A stretch of DNA of 63,486 bases, filler included, from Octopus bimaculoides (GCF_001194135.2; 7 parts of 7 records of this genome joined end to end with filler, not necessarily neighbours in it); one strand, 5' to 3'; positions 37,381 to 51,089 are shown, counted from the whole stretch's first letter. Notes: a model not told the origin generated them from the sequence alone. Numbers and translations: made by a program.

Positions 37381-37799
37381 CAGGTGTAGTGAAAAGTTGG
37401 TGTAGTGAAAAATATTTTTTCGGATATAAACAAGCATCAACAGTCTGGGGAAAAAATAGAAATGAAATATACACAAGCAACAACCGGCGTGTTTAAAGGT
37501 TTTATTAATTATAGCTCTTCCCAAATATAACAACATTGGCTTCAATAAATGGTTTCAGATAAAAATTCCTGCTAAACGAATTCTCAGTTATTCCTGCTCT
37601 TTTCCAATACTATTATAAATCTGTTTCTATTCCGTTGAACGATTATTCACGCCATTTTTACGATAACATCCGTTATAAAATCCGAGAACAATTTACGGAT
37701 GTGCTTTTATATAAGACGACAGTTATATAGTTTTCTCTTTTTAAATAACCCCCTCAGATATTGAGTGTCTATCATATACCACCCGTTCTGTTGATAACA

Positions 37800-38132
37800 C
37801 CGTAGGCCCTCGGTCGGTTACGACGATGAGTGTTGCAGTTAATCCGATCAATGGAACAACCTTTTGGTGAAATTGAAGTGCAAGTGGTTGAGTACTCCAG
37901 AGACACGTGTACCGTTAACGTAGTTCTCAGGGAGATTCAGTGTGACATACAATGTGACAAAGCTGGCCCTTTGAATTACAGGTATTACGCATTTTTGACA
38001 GCAGAGTGAACTGGAGCGTCGTGAAATAAAGTGTCTTGCTCAAGAACACAACTCACAGCCCGGTACGGGAATCGAACCCATGACCTTAAGATCGTAAAAT
38101 GAATACCCTTAGTCGTAAGCCACGTGCCTTCA
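37800..38132 (-). mobile_element. SINE family C, full length
   Basis: Head ggcacgtggcttacg...gggttcgattccc, central gtgttcttgagcaagacactttatttcacg, tail gttgatcggatt/caactg shared with 60892. Confidence 0.88.
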
Positions 38133-38792
38133 CTTTGCCATACAACAACCACAACAGTTCTCTATGGATGAAAATTTGAGAGAATAAATCAGTTGATGCA
38201 ACAGCATTAAAAGACTATTCCTGCATTTCTACAGCTTTAAAACTATATTTAAATATGTGTTCGTGTGGGCATGCTTGTATATATGTACACACAAGACACA
38301 CATACACACGCACACACACAAACACACATGCATACACGTTGTTCGCAGGGGTCTTTTTTTTTTAATTTCTTGAAGTGAAATCGTATCGTGAAGCCAACAC
38401 AGGCGTTAACTGTATTTCACTTCTGATTTATATTAACCTGTAATCAATTACTAATTGATAGATCAATCAATGGATACACCAAAGTCGTTTCCTCACCACC
38501 AATCCTCATCCTATCGATGACCTCTCCTCACCATTCTCTTCTCTTTATCCAAACACTCATTTTATTCTCTCTACTCAGTATCTCTATTTGACATTCTTTC
38601 GCACGTGCGGGCCTCTGTGTGTGTGTATGTGTGTGTGTGTGTGTAAATAATATCATTGGGTATTTATTGATATATGATATCACATAATATTATAACATTC
38701 AATATGTATATCGCTGTATGCGATCATAATATCATATCACATATCTTATATCACTTGATGCATATCATATTGCATCCTCACGCAACATTTTA

Positions 38793-38829
<37 letters not shown>

Positions 38830-39620
38830 GTGTATGTATGTATGTATGTATGTATTTATGTATGTATATCTTATGTCTCCTATGGAATATCATTGAGTGC
38901 TTGTCCTGTTCTGTTATCAGATGTGGTCATATTACTTCTAAACACCTCCCACACCTTTTCATAAGTTTGTGGCTGTCAGGGTGTATTCACGTAGTGTAAT
39001 ATATCAGAAGCGATGCCCATACGGCTCTGTGTGTGTGTGTAGGTTTCTTTTTGGTCTTTTTATATCGGAGCATTGGTGTGAAGAATTCATGTTATTGCTG
39101 CTTTGCTCAAATAGTACAATAATATTATCGAGAAGTATATTGGTATTTCTTTCATTGAATAATATTTGCATAGATTTACGAAATTTCCTCTTTCAATTTG
39201 CTCGCTTTACAACGTTTTTAAACAGGCTTTTCCGAAACAGCGATTTTATGAGCGACTTTTCTATCTCTCTCTACATAACACCAACTCTTGCTATTGTAAT
39301 AAATATAATTGTTAATGTATTTACTATATAAATACTAGAATATTACTGTTGTTGTTGTCAATGGTATTGATTGCATTACTGGTGGTGGTGGTGGTGGAGA
39401 TGTTGCTGCTGCTGCTGATGGCAGAGATAATAATGGGGGAGGGGTAATGGATAACTAGCAGCGGAGGAATTCATTGGTTGACTTAGATCTCGGACAACAC
39501 GTATATTTCTCTACAGCGCTGTATCTTAATGGCTCCCACCTGATCTCAGTAATTCTTCCCAACTTTGGACGAATATACCTATACATACATACATGCACAC
39601 ACACACACACATATATATAC

Positions 39621-39655
<35 letters not shown>

Positions 39656-41419
39656 CATATACATACATATATATACATATATATATATTAATATATATTT
39701 ATGTATGTAACTATGTATATATATATGAGTGCATATGTGTCTATGTGTATGGATATTTGTAAATACATTTATGTGTGTGTGTATACATATGCAAGTGAAT
39801 GTGAGACATATTTGCCGTCGTTAATTTTTTTGACTTGTTTTCTAAACTGCGCATAAAAAATTAGCAACATTAGGACCTCACAGAGAATCCGTTCATTCGC
39901 CATCTTCCTTAAAATAAATCCACCCAGAGGAACTTGGAACAACCATTAAGTAGGATTTCATTCCATGCTTAGAGATGGAGATGGAGATGTTAAAATTTTT
40001 ATACATTTAGAGCAGCTAATCGCCACAGCAATTATATCTGTGTATATAATATGTATAATGTAGATTCTATACGTAATATGTGTCTATATAAGCCGGACTA
40101 TATGTAACGTGTGTATACTTAACAGGTTTTCTATCTATGTGTTTATATAAACCACACTCCATATGTGATGTGTCTATATTTAACACGTCGTTCTCTATCT
40201 AATGTATGGCCAGACTATACATATATGTGTGTGTATGGGTGTGTGGGTGTGTGGGTGTGTGTATGTGTGTCTATGTGAGTGTGTGTTATCTGTGTGTGTA
40301 TGTGCGTTTGTCTGTTTGTGTCTCTGTGTGTGTCTGTGTATATATCTGTGTGTATGTGTGTGTGTGTGTGTGTGTGTCTATTTGTCTGTCTGTCTGTCTG
40401 TCTGTCTGTACGTTTTCTGAGTCTGTGTGTCTGTGTGTACATAGTAGACTCTATCTGCCTGAAATAACACACAAATTATTCTAAATTCAAATCTCGCGGC
40501 CAAGGAGGACGCTATATTGGATACAATTTTTCTGCTGAACGAAAGACGGGATGATCATGAGTGGAACGCTTTTCATCTTAGATTTTAATCTACCAGAATT
40601 TGGCCCTGGAGTAGCCAACGACAATATGGACGTAAATGTAGTTGTGTGAGAAAGGAGTTCGATTCTCCCCCGCACGGCACATCGGACAGCTTTGAGCGAA
40701 GCAAACCTTTTTCAAGCGAAATGTGGTAAACGGAAGCCCCAGGGATGGAGCGTTTCTATTCTTGTGTCGTAGACTTAAAGCGTTACCTGCATGAACACCA
40801 CTGCCCGGTATGTTAGACTTCTTAAGCTGAGTCCAGTCTGTTGGAAATATTCTTGGTCTGAATATAATACCTCCTCGTCTCGCAGATGTCCAGAAACCTT
40901 TCCAAATCTGACCACCCCTACTGTATCCCTCTGCCTTTTAATTCCTTCATAAACGAACACAAAGACCCACGTTCGGGTGACCTCAGAACACCGTCCTTCC
41001 ATTTTTATTTCAGTAGTTTTAATCTGATGATTGAGCAATATCTCCCTGGATAGGTCGATAAGGTTGATACTCATTTTCGTAGGGCATTAATTAAACTCCA
41101 CAGTGACTCCCATGAATCACTCGTAAATTCTAAAGTGCTCCCACTATCTACAATTTGGAATGGTACAACCAAATGGTACCACAGCTAACACAGCTGCCTT
41201 GATCAGAGTACGAACTTCTGACCTCTTGGCTCCTTTCGCATTATTTACAATAAAGCCTCCTATTTTCTCCTAGAGAGGAAATGGCTTCCATAAATAATGT
41301 CCACCAATGAAACGGACTTTCAACTGTAACTCCTCGCGCCGCTCATATTTTATGACATTTTATAAAATATCTACGACGCCATATTGACGATTATTACTTC
41401 CTCCTCCACTACATGCGGC

Positions 41420-41479
<60 letters not shown>

Positions 41480-41549
41480 GTTACAAACGCCCATACGCAC
41501 GCATACACACTTATATACGCACATATGTATATATATATATATATATATA

Positions 41550-41615
41550 TGGGAGAATGTACGAAAAAACAACAACAGACGAGGACAGGTGGTGTAAATA
41601 ACAAAAGGATGTATT
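41550..41615 (-). mobile_element. 3' fragment of the hammerhead-bearing pLTR-like repeat
   Basis: acaacagacgaggacaggtggtgtaaataacaaaag, near-identical to 52540-52615 and matching the reverse complement of 3430-3470. Confidence 0.7.
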
Positions 41616-42323
41616 AATATACATACATACACCCACCTCCATATATATATATAGGCGCAGGGTAGCTAGGTAGTAAGAGATTTATTTCCCAACCACATGA
41701 TTCCCACACGCACACGAATGAATTGCACATAAAACTATACAAACATTTGGCCAAACATGTATGAATAGATCATTCATCGCTTTCGACGATGAGCAGTGAC
41801 TCGGGTTAATTTACATATTGAATTGTATTTTAAGCGGCTGAGGATTCCATAGAAACGTTACTTTAAATGTAATTCATTTTATGAAACTAGCATGAAAGGA
41901 TGTTTACCTTTGACATACGAGTACAATCGACCCGAGGAGTTTCAGAATAGTTTCTATTATAGAGGCCATGGTAGAATTAACTTATGCGAGTTGGAAACAG
42001 CGGGATCGAACCCAAAATCTCCAGATGTCGCGCGAATGTTTTATTCATTTGATCTTCCTGGCGAACAACACGTATACACACAAGTATATATACATACACT
42101 GATGCATAACCTATAGGATTACATCATTATTTACACACATATACATACATTCACACACACATACATACGTATGTATACTCATATTCTTATCGACAAGGGC
42201 ACTTACGCACACACATTCATAATACTTATACACAATTACACACATATTCATACATACACGCTAGCACACAACACACACACCTAATATTATTATTTGGACA
42301 TCGTTACATAAATCATAATTTCG

Positions 42324-42379
42324 CCGGAAATACCGGTGATGACGTCACATGACGTTGGAGGTTGGTAATAAAGATGGCG
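42324..42379 (+). promoter_or_regulatory. Candidate core-promoter cluster: ETS (CCGGAAAT), palindromic CRE (TGACGTCA), second TGACGT, YY1 (AAGATGGCG)
   Basis: Four consensus motifs within 56 bp of a CpG-rich patch in an otherwise CpG-poor window. Confidence 0.45.
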
Positions 42380-43828
42380 CTTATGACATAGCTTCCTCTC
42401 CTATTCACACGCACTCTCGCTCTTTCTCTCTTTCTTTATCTCACATATATATGCTTATATATACATATATACATATATATCCGGAAGCATATATATACAC
42501 AGACCGACGTACACATACATAAACACACACATAAATATACACATAGATGCCACCTTTATATTGTCGCTGCCTTCCTCTTTCTCTCTCTCTCCCTCCCTCT
42601 CCGTTTTCTTCTCTTTCTCTCTCTCCTTCCATCTTTCTCTCTCTCATTCGCTTTCCGTTGCCATCTTCTCTTATTTCATCTTGACCAGGAGATACTAAAA
42701 CAGATAGTTTCCAACATCTCTCATACCCAATTCTACAATGGTAACGGTAATGGTTCGTTTCTCTAACAGAATCTTCCAACCGAGAAAACATCCAGGTTCC
42801 AATCCTTTAGATTCTTAGATTTTCTTTAATTCCTGTCTGCTTCCACGACTCGCTTCAGCATTTAATCAGTATTAACAGAAGAGAGATTATCCAGGAGAGA
42901 TAATCCTGAAAAAGGATTTATTTTGTGTCTATGCGTGAATATGTGTGTATCTGTATGCGTATGTTTATGTGTATATTTATACTTGTGTATGTGTAGGCAT
43001 ATGTATGAGGTTGTATACGTGTAGGCAGAGGCCTCAGTGGAAGACGATATCGATCTGTAGAGGTGTGTGTATATACAGCTGAGTGTGTGTGTCTACACAT
43101 GGGTGTATATAAGACTTCTTATTAGTCAATGTTAAATCAACATTAACAAAGGATTTCAATGAGCTTTCAGTGTGTGAACAGGCGTGTGTATACAAAGGTG
43201 AATGTGTGGAGATGCATGCGTTGGTGTTTATGGATATATGTTTGTCTTTATTCTGTGTGAGTGTGTGTGTGTGGGGGGAGGGTTGTACCTGCAGAACCCT
43301 GCTAAATAAACACAGATCAGGGATTTCACTTAGTAAATATTGCAGCAATTGACTTTGTGTGTGTATATGTGTGTATGTGTGTGTACTGCATTTTATATAT
43401 TCGTACAACAGTTCCTGTCTGTATGTCTTTGTTATATTGTCATATTTCTGAGTGTGAGAGTGTGTTTGGCTGTNNNNNNNNNNNNNNNNNNNNNNNNNNN
43501 NNNNNNNNNNNNNNNNNNNNNNNNNNNNNNNATATATATATATACACACATATTTCTTTATTGTCCACAATATATTTCTTTATTGTCAACCCTGTTTTTG
43601 TTTGTTATTCTGTGTGTATGTGCGTGTTTATGTATGTAAGCACACAAGATATCTGTTCAAGTAAACGAAAGCAGAACTTTGAAGTCACTAACAACACTTT
43701 TTCTTATAACACCATACACAACCTTTATGTATTCATCGCTTTTACTGTTAAACTTGGATAGTCTTTATTCATCACACTCATTAACACACACACAGAGAGA
43801 CACACACGTACATATGCATATATATACG

Positions 43829-43874
<46 letters not shown>

Positions 43875-45091
43875 GAGTGAGTGAGAGAGAGAGAGAGACA
43901 GAGACAGACAGACAGACAGAGACAGGCGGACAGAGATAGATACTTATTGGTTTACATTGTGATTTGCAATAGTTAAGCGAAACGTTATTCAAAAGAAATG
44001 TGTGTGTGTGTGTGTGNNNNNNNNNNNNNNNNNNNNNNNNNNNNNNNNNNNNNNNNNNNNTTAATTAATTAANNNNNNNNNNNNNNNNNNNNNNNNNNNN
44101 NNNNNNNNNNNNNNNNTATATATATATATATATATATATATATGCATATGTATATGTGTATGTATATGTATATATATGTGTGTATTTGTGTGTGAGCGTG
44201 TGTGTGAGTGCGCGTGCGTGTGTGTGAGTGCGCGTGCGTGTGTGTGTATGTGTGTGTGCAAACTTTCTCTATCGGCATGGTCATAGTCGCACATATACAC
44301 ACAGGTGCACACATACACACATACACTTACATATTCTCATTCTCACGTACGATGTATACACACACAGATGTAAGATTCCTTGGACAAAAATAGTAAACCT
44401 GTCAAGGAGACGGATATAAACATACACGTATAAATATACACACAATGATATAGACAGGCCGGAAAGAATTCGTTATATGAGAGAGGAAAGGAGAGAGAAA
44501 GAGCGATAGAAGACAAAACAGAGACGAGGAGAGAGAAAGAAGGAGAAATGTAGATAAACACTTCTCTATTGGTGGTGATGTAATCAATAGATTCTCAATG
44601 AATTGAAATTTGCTCCTTAGTAGGTTGTAAAATGTTAGACTTCCTAATCCAAGGGGAGATAATTTAAAGAAGTTAAAAATTGTGAATTACTGTGAAAGAA
44701 AATTTCATTTTTATTAGTAACAGTTAAATGTGATCTCCGTTAGGAGAAAAGATAACCGCTATGGACATATTTTTGGCTTATTAACTTTTATCAGGGAAGG
44801 ATAGTCTTCTGAAAACTTTTTTGATTAGTGGACATCGTTTGGTATAAGAAGAAACAGGGAGCTTATAGGTAGACATACCAAATCAATTTATACTCGTGTA
44901 TATAAATATACATAAACAAATATATACGTTGGTACATATTTAAAGATATAACTACACAAACACGCACACACACATACACACACACTCATATACCCACAAA
45001 TACTCATAAACACACAATTATTATGTACACATAAACATACATAAGTATACTAAAGCGTAAACACAAAAATACAGACATGGCATACTGACAG

Positions 45092-45166
<75 letters not shown>

Positions 45167-45489
45167 CACACACAGTATTAATAAAATACAGAAAATAAGT
45201 ACGGTATTTCTTGCTTTATAAAACATACGAATTTCGGTAAATTACCGCCAGGATTTCATAACTGCTGTTGAATCATATAAATTAAAGAATACCATGCCTA
45301 TAAATATATAAGCACATACCACCAAACAAATAAACACGTATAGATACATATTTTCTCAATATATACAGGGAGAGTATTATATACACTCATTTATAATATG
45401 TTTTTCATTTTACAAGTCTTCGCCTGGGATTTGTTGTCTTGCTGAATATAATTGCTAAAATATTTCTATATGTATATGCGCATATTCTG

Positions 45490-45742
45490 TGTGTGAATGT
45501 GTGAAGCACTGTATGTTGGCCAGATAGATAATGCACTATCGGAACGCTCACGTGTGCATCGACAACAGATTAAAAACACAGAGGTCCGCCAAATACCACT
45601 GAGTAACCATCTGGCAACATGTGGTCGTGAAACTTTTATGATATTTCCATTCCATAAACTTTACAACCTGAATGAAATTGAGAGGAAACGCAAAGAAAAG
45701 GACTTTATTAAGAAATTCAAACCCACTCTTAACAAACAATGA
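45490..45742 (+). mobile_element. PLE GIY-YIG endonuclease fragment, same clade as the 56-59 kb element
   Basis: CEALYVGQ..NALSER.RVHRQQI.....RQIPLSNHL..C.....IFPF.....E..FIKKFKPTLN aligns with CGVDYISQT..TLRDRLMVHRQQI.....RKIPVSQH...C....IFLL...KEN.LIKKYKPQLN. Confidence 0.85.
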
Positions 45743-46264
45743 TTAAATTTATCTTACTTGGGGTTTAAAAATCTTATCCCTATAACTAAAACAAAAATCT
45801 CTCAAATGTCATCATTTCTAAAAATAGACTTGGCATCATTTCTAAAAATAGCCAAACACCTACTGCTGCTGTCCAAAGGAATAGGTATAAAAGACANNNN
45901 NNNNNNNNNNNNNNNNNNNNNNNNNNNNNNNNNNNNNNNNNNNNNNNNNNNNNNNNNNNNNNNNNNNNNNNNNNNNNNNNNNNNNNNNNNNNNNNNNNNN
46001 NNNNNNNNNNNNNNNNNNNNNNNNNNNNNNNNNNNNNNNNNNNNNNNNNNNNNNNNNNNNNNNNNNNNNNNNNNCTATATTTAATACTCAATATTTCATA
46101 TATTCAATAAGACATTCAATACTTCATTTCATTTTACTATTTATATTATATATTCCATATTCTATATCCCACATTAATTTTATAAGACAAACAAACGCAT
46201 ATGAGCGAATACATATATGTACATATATTTACATACATATATATGTGTGTGTGTGTGTGAGAGA

Positions 46265-46309
<45 letters not shown>

Positions 46310-46639
46310 CGCACATATATACGTATTATGTAAATATATGTACATATATGTATTCGCTCATGTGTGTGTGCCTGTGTGTGTACATATGTTCTGGTCGCTG
46401 GAGTTAGCTATAATGACAGTTGGAGAGCGAGAGGTGGGGGAGAAAGAATGCATGTGCTTAAGGGGAGAGAGTCACTTCTAAGTTGTTTTTTTTCCAGTTC
46501 TAAGTTGGAAAATTTTTCTCGGACAGGCAAATTTTTCTGGACAGGCAAGAACATACATATTTTCCGTCAGTTACTTATGTTACACATATTATTAATAGAA
46601 TACTCTTGTGTGGTTCCATTTCGCCTTCGTTAAGGTCTA

Positions 46640-48560
46640 CCAGCGCGACCTTTCTAAAAAGCTTAAAAAGGCATCATATGCTCTGCCCATAAAAGTAGGA
46701 GCTAAAAACTACAGGCCCATCTTTCCGACTTTACATATCAGCAAAATCATGGAACGAATCGTCAGAAAGAAACTGATAACGTTTCTAAAAGAAAATGGCT
46801 TGCAAAACAATACTCAGCTTGGTTTTTGTAGGGAAGAAGCTGCTTCACACAGCTCTATGACTGGGTTTTGACACAGCTGGTCGGTCATTCGAATGTTGAT
46901 GTGGTGTCTCTCGACTTCGCAAAGACCTTTTACAAGGTGGACCATGGCATGATATGTCACAAGCTGCGAGACCTTGGCATAGCTGGTAAACTGGGAGTGT
47001 GCCAATATGACACCTTAAAAGATGGCAACCAGGCACTTGCAGCTAATGGTCCCCTCTCTAGGGAAACGCAAATTTTAAGTAGATTCCTCCAGGGAACTAT
47101 CTTGGGGTCTATTGATGTTATAGCGGTGATTCGAAGCCTAAGCGCTAGGTAACTGGCCAGACATCACCACCGAACAACAATAATTTCACGTGATCGGTCT
47201 CTTAAGCAACCAACCAGCGTCAAGCTATGGAGTGATTTAACCTTGCAGAATCCTCTTCTTGTAGCCTATAAAAATCCGTTTTGGCGCTAAACTCTTTGCA
47301 AAATTTTGAGGCAGCTGAGCGACATGTGTCTCCATTCTTGCCAGGCAGAACCAAGAACCACCGTCGCCATGAAGATAATGCAGATAATTTCAGACCACTT
47401 AGACTACTGTCACACCATTAGCGTTTTGTAATTCTAGAGCAGTATCTCTTTCCCAGTCAATAATTATCGCTGTTGTTAACTGTAAATAGCCAACGCAAAT
47501 TGTATTTGTATGTGACAATAAATACTTCTGTTAAATACTTGCAGGTGTTGTTCAATTATTTCTTTACGCAGTTAAGAAGCATATTTTCATTCATTAATTC
47601 AAGCACCAACAAACAACCAGCTACATTAACGAAACAGGCAACAATAACCGTAACACTGTTTATAGCAGCTCTTAGACATGCCCACGATCACTCAGACAAC
47701 CATTGTCAAAATAATCACAGGCAATAAACAACCCTGACGATGACGCAAATCTGTAGCAGGGTCTAAACGCAATATACAAGTGAGCTGAACAAAACAATAT
47801 ATATTTTAATGCTGGAAAATTTGAAGCACTATGCTATTAGCTTATAAATTTACTACAATCTGTACACACAGGAATCGAAGGTACTGCAATCCCAGAGCCA
47901 TAGACAGTGAGAGACTTGGAGATCAGTAATGATGCATCGTTTCATATGCACATTAGCAAGATAGCAACAAAGAGCAGACAATTAACATAATGAATACAAA
48001 AGTCCTTCAGGACAAGTGACCGAGGAGGAATGTTGACCCGGTGGAAGACCTTTGTTCTCAGCCGCTTAGACTACTGCTTTCAGCTGTGGTTACAGCATCG
48101 TGTCAAACTAACAACAGAGCTTGAAGCGATCCAACGCTACTACACTGTCATAGTACAACGGACGAACTACTGGGAGAGGCTGAAAAAACTACGATCTTTA
48201 CTCGACATGAGTGAAAGATAACCAATAATTTACAAGTGGAAAATTCTAGAAGGGCTAGCACCTAACTTTGGCATCAAGAGTTTTCAGAAACACTGGGCCT
48301 GGGCGCATTTATATAGTATCAGAGTTACCGTCCACTCAAGCTAAAGTGAGGACCAGGCACTGCAATTGCCTGTAGTTTAAAGGCGCAAAGCTCTTCAATG
48401 TTCTGCCCAAACCATTAAAAAGCCTACAAAATTTGTATGTGGGTGTCTTCAAAAAGGAACTGGACATTCTCCTATTCACAATAACAGATGAATCAACATC
48501 CCGACATGAAGTACAGATGAAGTGGATGGTGTCAGACTCCATTATATACTAAATGAGCCA
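46640..48560 (+). mobile_element. CR1-group LINE ORF2 (RT to C-terminus) remnant, split by an insertion
   Basis: AKNYRPIFPTLHISKIMERIV, LDFAKTFYKVDHG, LQGTILGS | LFIAAL, FNAGKF, VRDL, KTFVLSRLDYC.QLW, LEAIQR, YWERLKKL, WKILEGLAPN. Confidence 0.88.
47116..47655 (+). mobile_element. Probable solo LTR (540 bp) inserted in the CR1 RT
   Basis: TGTTA...TAACA termini, TATAAAA at ~47267 and AATAAA at ~47516; it interrupts the QGT.LG-P-LLF motif; target-site duplication not clean. Confidence 0.55.
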
Positions 48561-50354
48561 ACAACCAAGATCAAGGCACAAGAGGGTCATATGAAATCCC
48601 GCCTACCAAATGAAGTAAACCACATAAGGGGCTTTTGGAAAGTGTACAAAGTCACGGCAGTATTCCCAAACATATGATATATACATATGTCGAAGTACAT
48701 TTTGAAGAATTAGAAAATTTCGCCTAAATCTGATTAACTTGTTGATATCTTTCCAGCCTTATGCTTTAATGTCCAAGCAGGATAAGACTTCCCTTTTTTA
48801 TACTTTTTAATTTTACTTTTAAGTTTTCCGTTTCTCGTTTTCTGTTTTTTAACCTTCCACGCTTTATATATGCATCTTTTCAAACTTTTCGCGTTTCTTC
48901 TCTCATGCAATTTTTACTTCATTATGATATGTGGTTTGTACCTGATGATATATTTGACGTATTTACCAACACACGAAACTATTAGTAGCACATAAAATAT
49001 GCAGTGTCTGCTAAATAATATTTTTTTTTGTTGATCATGAGAGTAACTGGGCAAATGGTTTTTATGTGCCTCTCCCAGGAACTCAATCCAATATATTTTA
49101 CAAAGTTTTGTACCAAGTCATGGGTTTGGGTTTCAGTAGTCTTCCCCTGAAGCTCTGGCTCGTTGTGCTTCTAATTTTTTTTTTATGTCATTACAAAATT
49201 AATGATTTGGTTAGGGATTTAAACAATAATCTTACCCAATTAGAATCTGAATTTGCTTTGTCATTACATCTCTTCAAATAACGAAAGAAATGAACATTGT
49301 ATTGCCACATCAGACAAAATTTTTAGCGGCATTTCTTCCAACATTATATTACATACGTATACATACATACATACATACATATATNNNNNNNNNNNNNNNN
49401 NNNNNNNNNNNNNNNNNNNNNNNNNNNNNNNNNNNNNNNNNNNNNNNNNNNNNNNNNNNNNNNNNNNNNNNNNNNNNNNNNNNNNNNNNNNNNNNNNNNN
49501 NNNNNNNNNNNNNNNNNNNNNNNNNNNNNNNNNNNNNNNNNNNNNNNNNNNNNNNNNNNNNNNNNNNNNNNNNNNNNNNNNNNNNNNNNNNNNNNNNNNN
49601 NNNNNNNNNNNNNNNNNNNNNNNNNNNNNNNNNNNNNNNNNNNNNNNNNNNNNNNNNNNNNNNNNNNNNNNNNNNNNNNNNNNNNNNNNNNNNNNNNNNN
49701 NNNNNNNNNNNNNNNNNNNNNNNNNNNNNNNNNNNNNNNNNNNNNNNNNNNNNNNNNNNNNNNNNNNNNNNNNNNNNNNNNNNNNNNNNNNNNNNNNNNN
49801 NNNNNNNNNNNNNNNNNNNNNNNNNNNNNNNNNNNNNNNNNNNNNNNNNNNNNNNNNNNNNNNNNNNNNNNNNNNNNNNNNNNNNNNNNNNNNNNNNNNN
49901 NNNNNNNNNNNNNNNNNNNNNNNNNNNNNNNNNNNNNNNNNNNNNNNNNNNNNNNNNNNNNNNNNNNNNNNNNNNNNNNNNNNNNNNNNNNNNNNNNNNN
50001 NNNNNNNNNNNNNNNNNNNNNNNNNNNNNNNACACACACACATACACACTAGTGTAAGCACATAAATGCAAAGCAAAGTGGAAATAATAGTACTAGAATA
50101 CCGAAGATAGAGTGATATGCATTTTTTTAATGCTGTAAAAGCTGCAAAACATCACAAAACTGTTATTCAGAGTTTCACGTTTACGTTCGTCGGACAGTTG
50201 CGATCAAGTCTTAATAACAACTGTCTATTTATCACAATTGTCAGTTTTGTGATGTTTCCGCAGTTCTGATTAAAAAAAGTACACACACATACAGATACAC
50301 ACTTATGTACATATAAATCTATCTATCTATATATATATACATATACATATAATC

Positions 50355-50535
50355 ATCCTTTAATTATTTCACTAGATTCAGTCATTTGACTGCGTTCATG
50401 CTAGAGCAATGCCTTAAAGGGTTTTATTCGAAGAATTCGGCCCAGAACTTATATCGATCTCTCTGCCGAATTGCTAATTTACGGGGGCATAAAGACACCA
50501 AGCGATAGCAGGGGGTGTCAAACACAGACAACGCA
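50355..50535 (+). mobile_element. SINE-like family D
   Basis: cagtcatttgactgcg..catgct.gagca..gcctt.aagggtttt. Confidence 0.75.
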
Positions 50536-50576
50536 TGAGCACACATATACATACATATATTTATATGCTGAGACCC

Positions 50577-50843
50577 CCTTCGGAAAGTTACCCTCCCAGG
50601 CACAAGTCCGGGCAAGGTTGTTTATGGAAGACCAGCAGTCGCCCATGCATACCGGGGGGCGACTCTCCACGCCACCGATACAGCTTGGCACCTGTGACGT
50701 CGCAACTTATTTCTACAGCTGAGTGAACTGGAGCAACGTGAAATAAAGTGTCTTGCTCAAGAACACAACACGCAGCCCAGTCCGGGATTCGAACTCACAA
50801 TCTCATGATCGTAAGCTCGACGCTCTAACCACTGAGCCATGCG

Positions 50844-50850
<7 letters not shown>
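50577..50850 (-). mobile_element. SINE family C with a near-intact tRNA-like head and an alternative tail
   Basis: ggcgcatggctcagtggttagagcg (A-box), gagttcgaatccc (B-box), central gtgttcttgagcaagacactttatttcacgttgctccagttcactcagctg. Confidence 0.9.
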
Positions 50851-50883
<33 letters not shown>

Positions 50884-51089
50884 NNNNNNNNNNNNNNNNN
50901 NNNNNNNNNNNNNNNNNNNNNNNNNNNNNNNNNNNNNNNNNNNNNNNNNNNNNNNNNNNNNNNNNNNNNNNNNNNNNNNNNNNNNNNNNNNNNNNNNNNN
51001 NNNNNNNNNNNNNNNNNNNNNNNNNNNNNNNNNNNNNNNNNNNNNNNNNNNNNNNNNNNNNNNNNNNNNNNNNNNNNNNNNNNNNNNNN

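Noticed and set aside
37381-37790. DNA transposon beginning caggtgtagtgaaaagtt that truncates a SINE
   Set aside because: No matching opposite TIR or convincing transposase motif was found.
50780-50850. tRNA gene
   Set aside because: The tRNA-like head runs directly into a SINE core and tail, with no complete cloverleaf.
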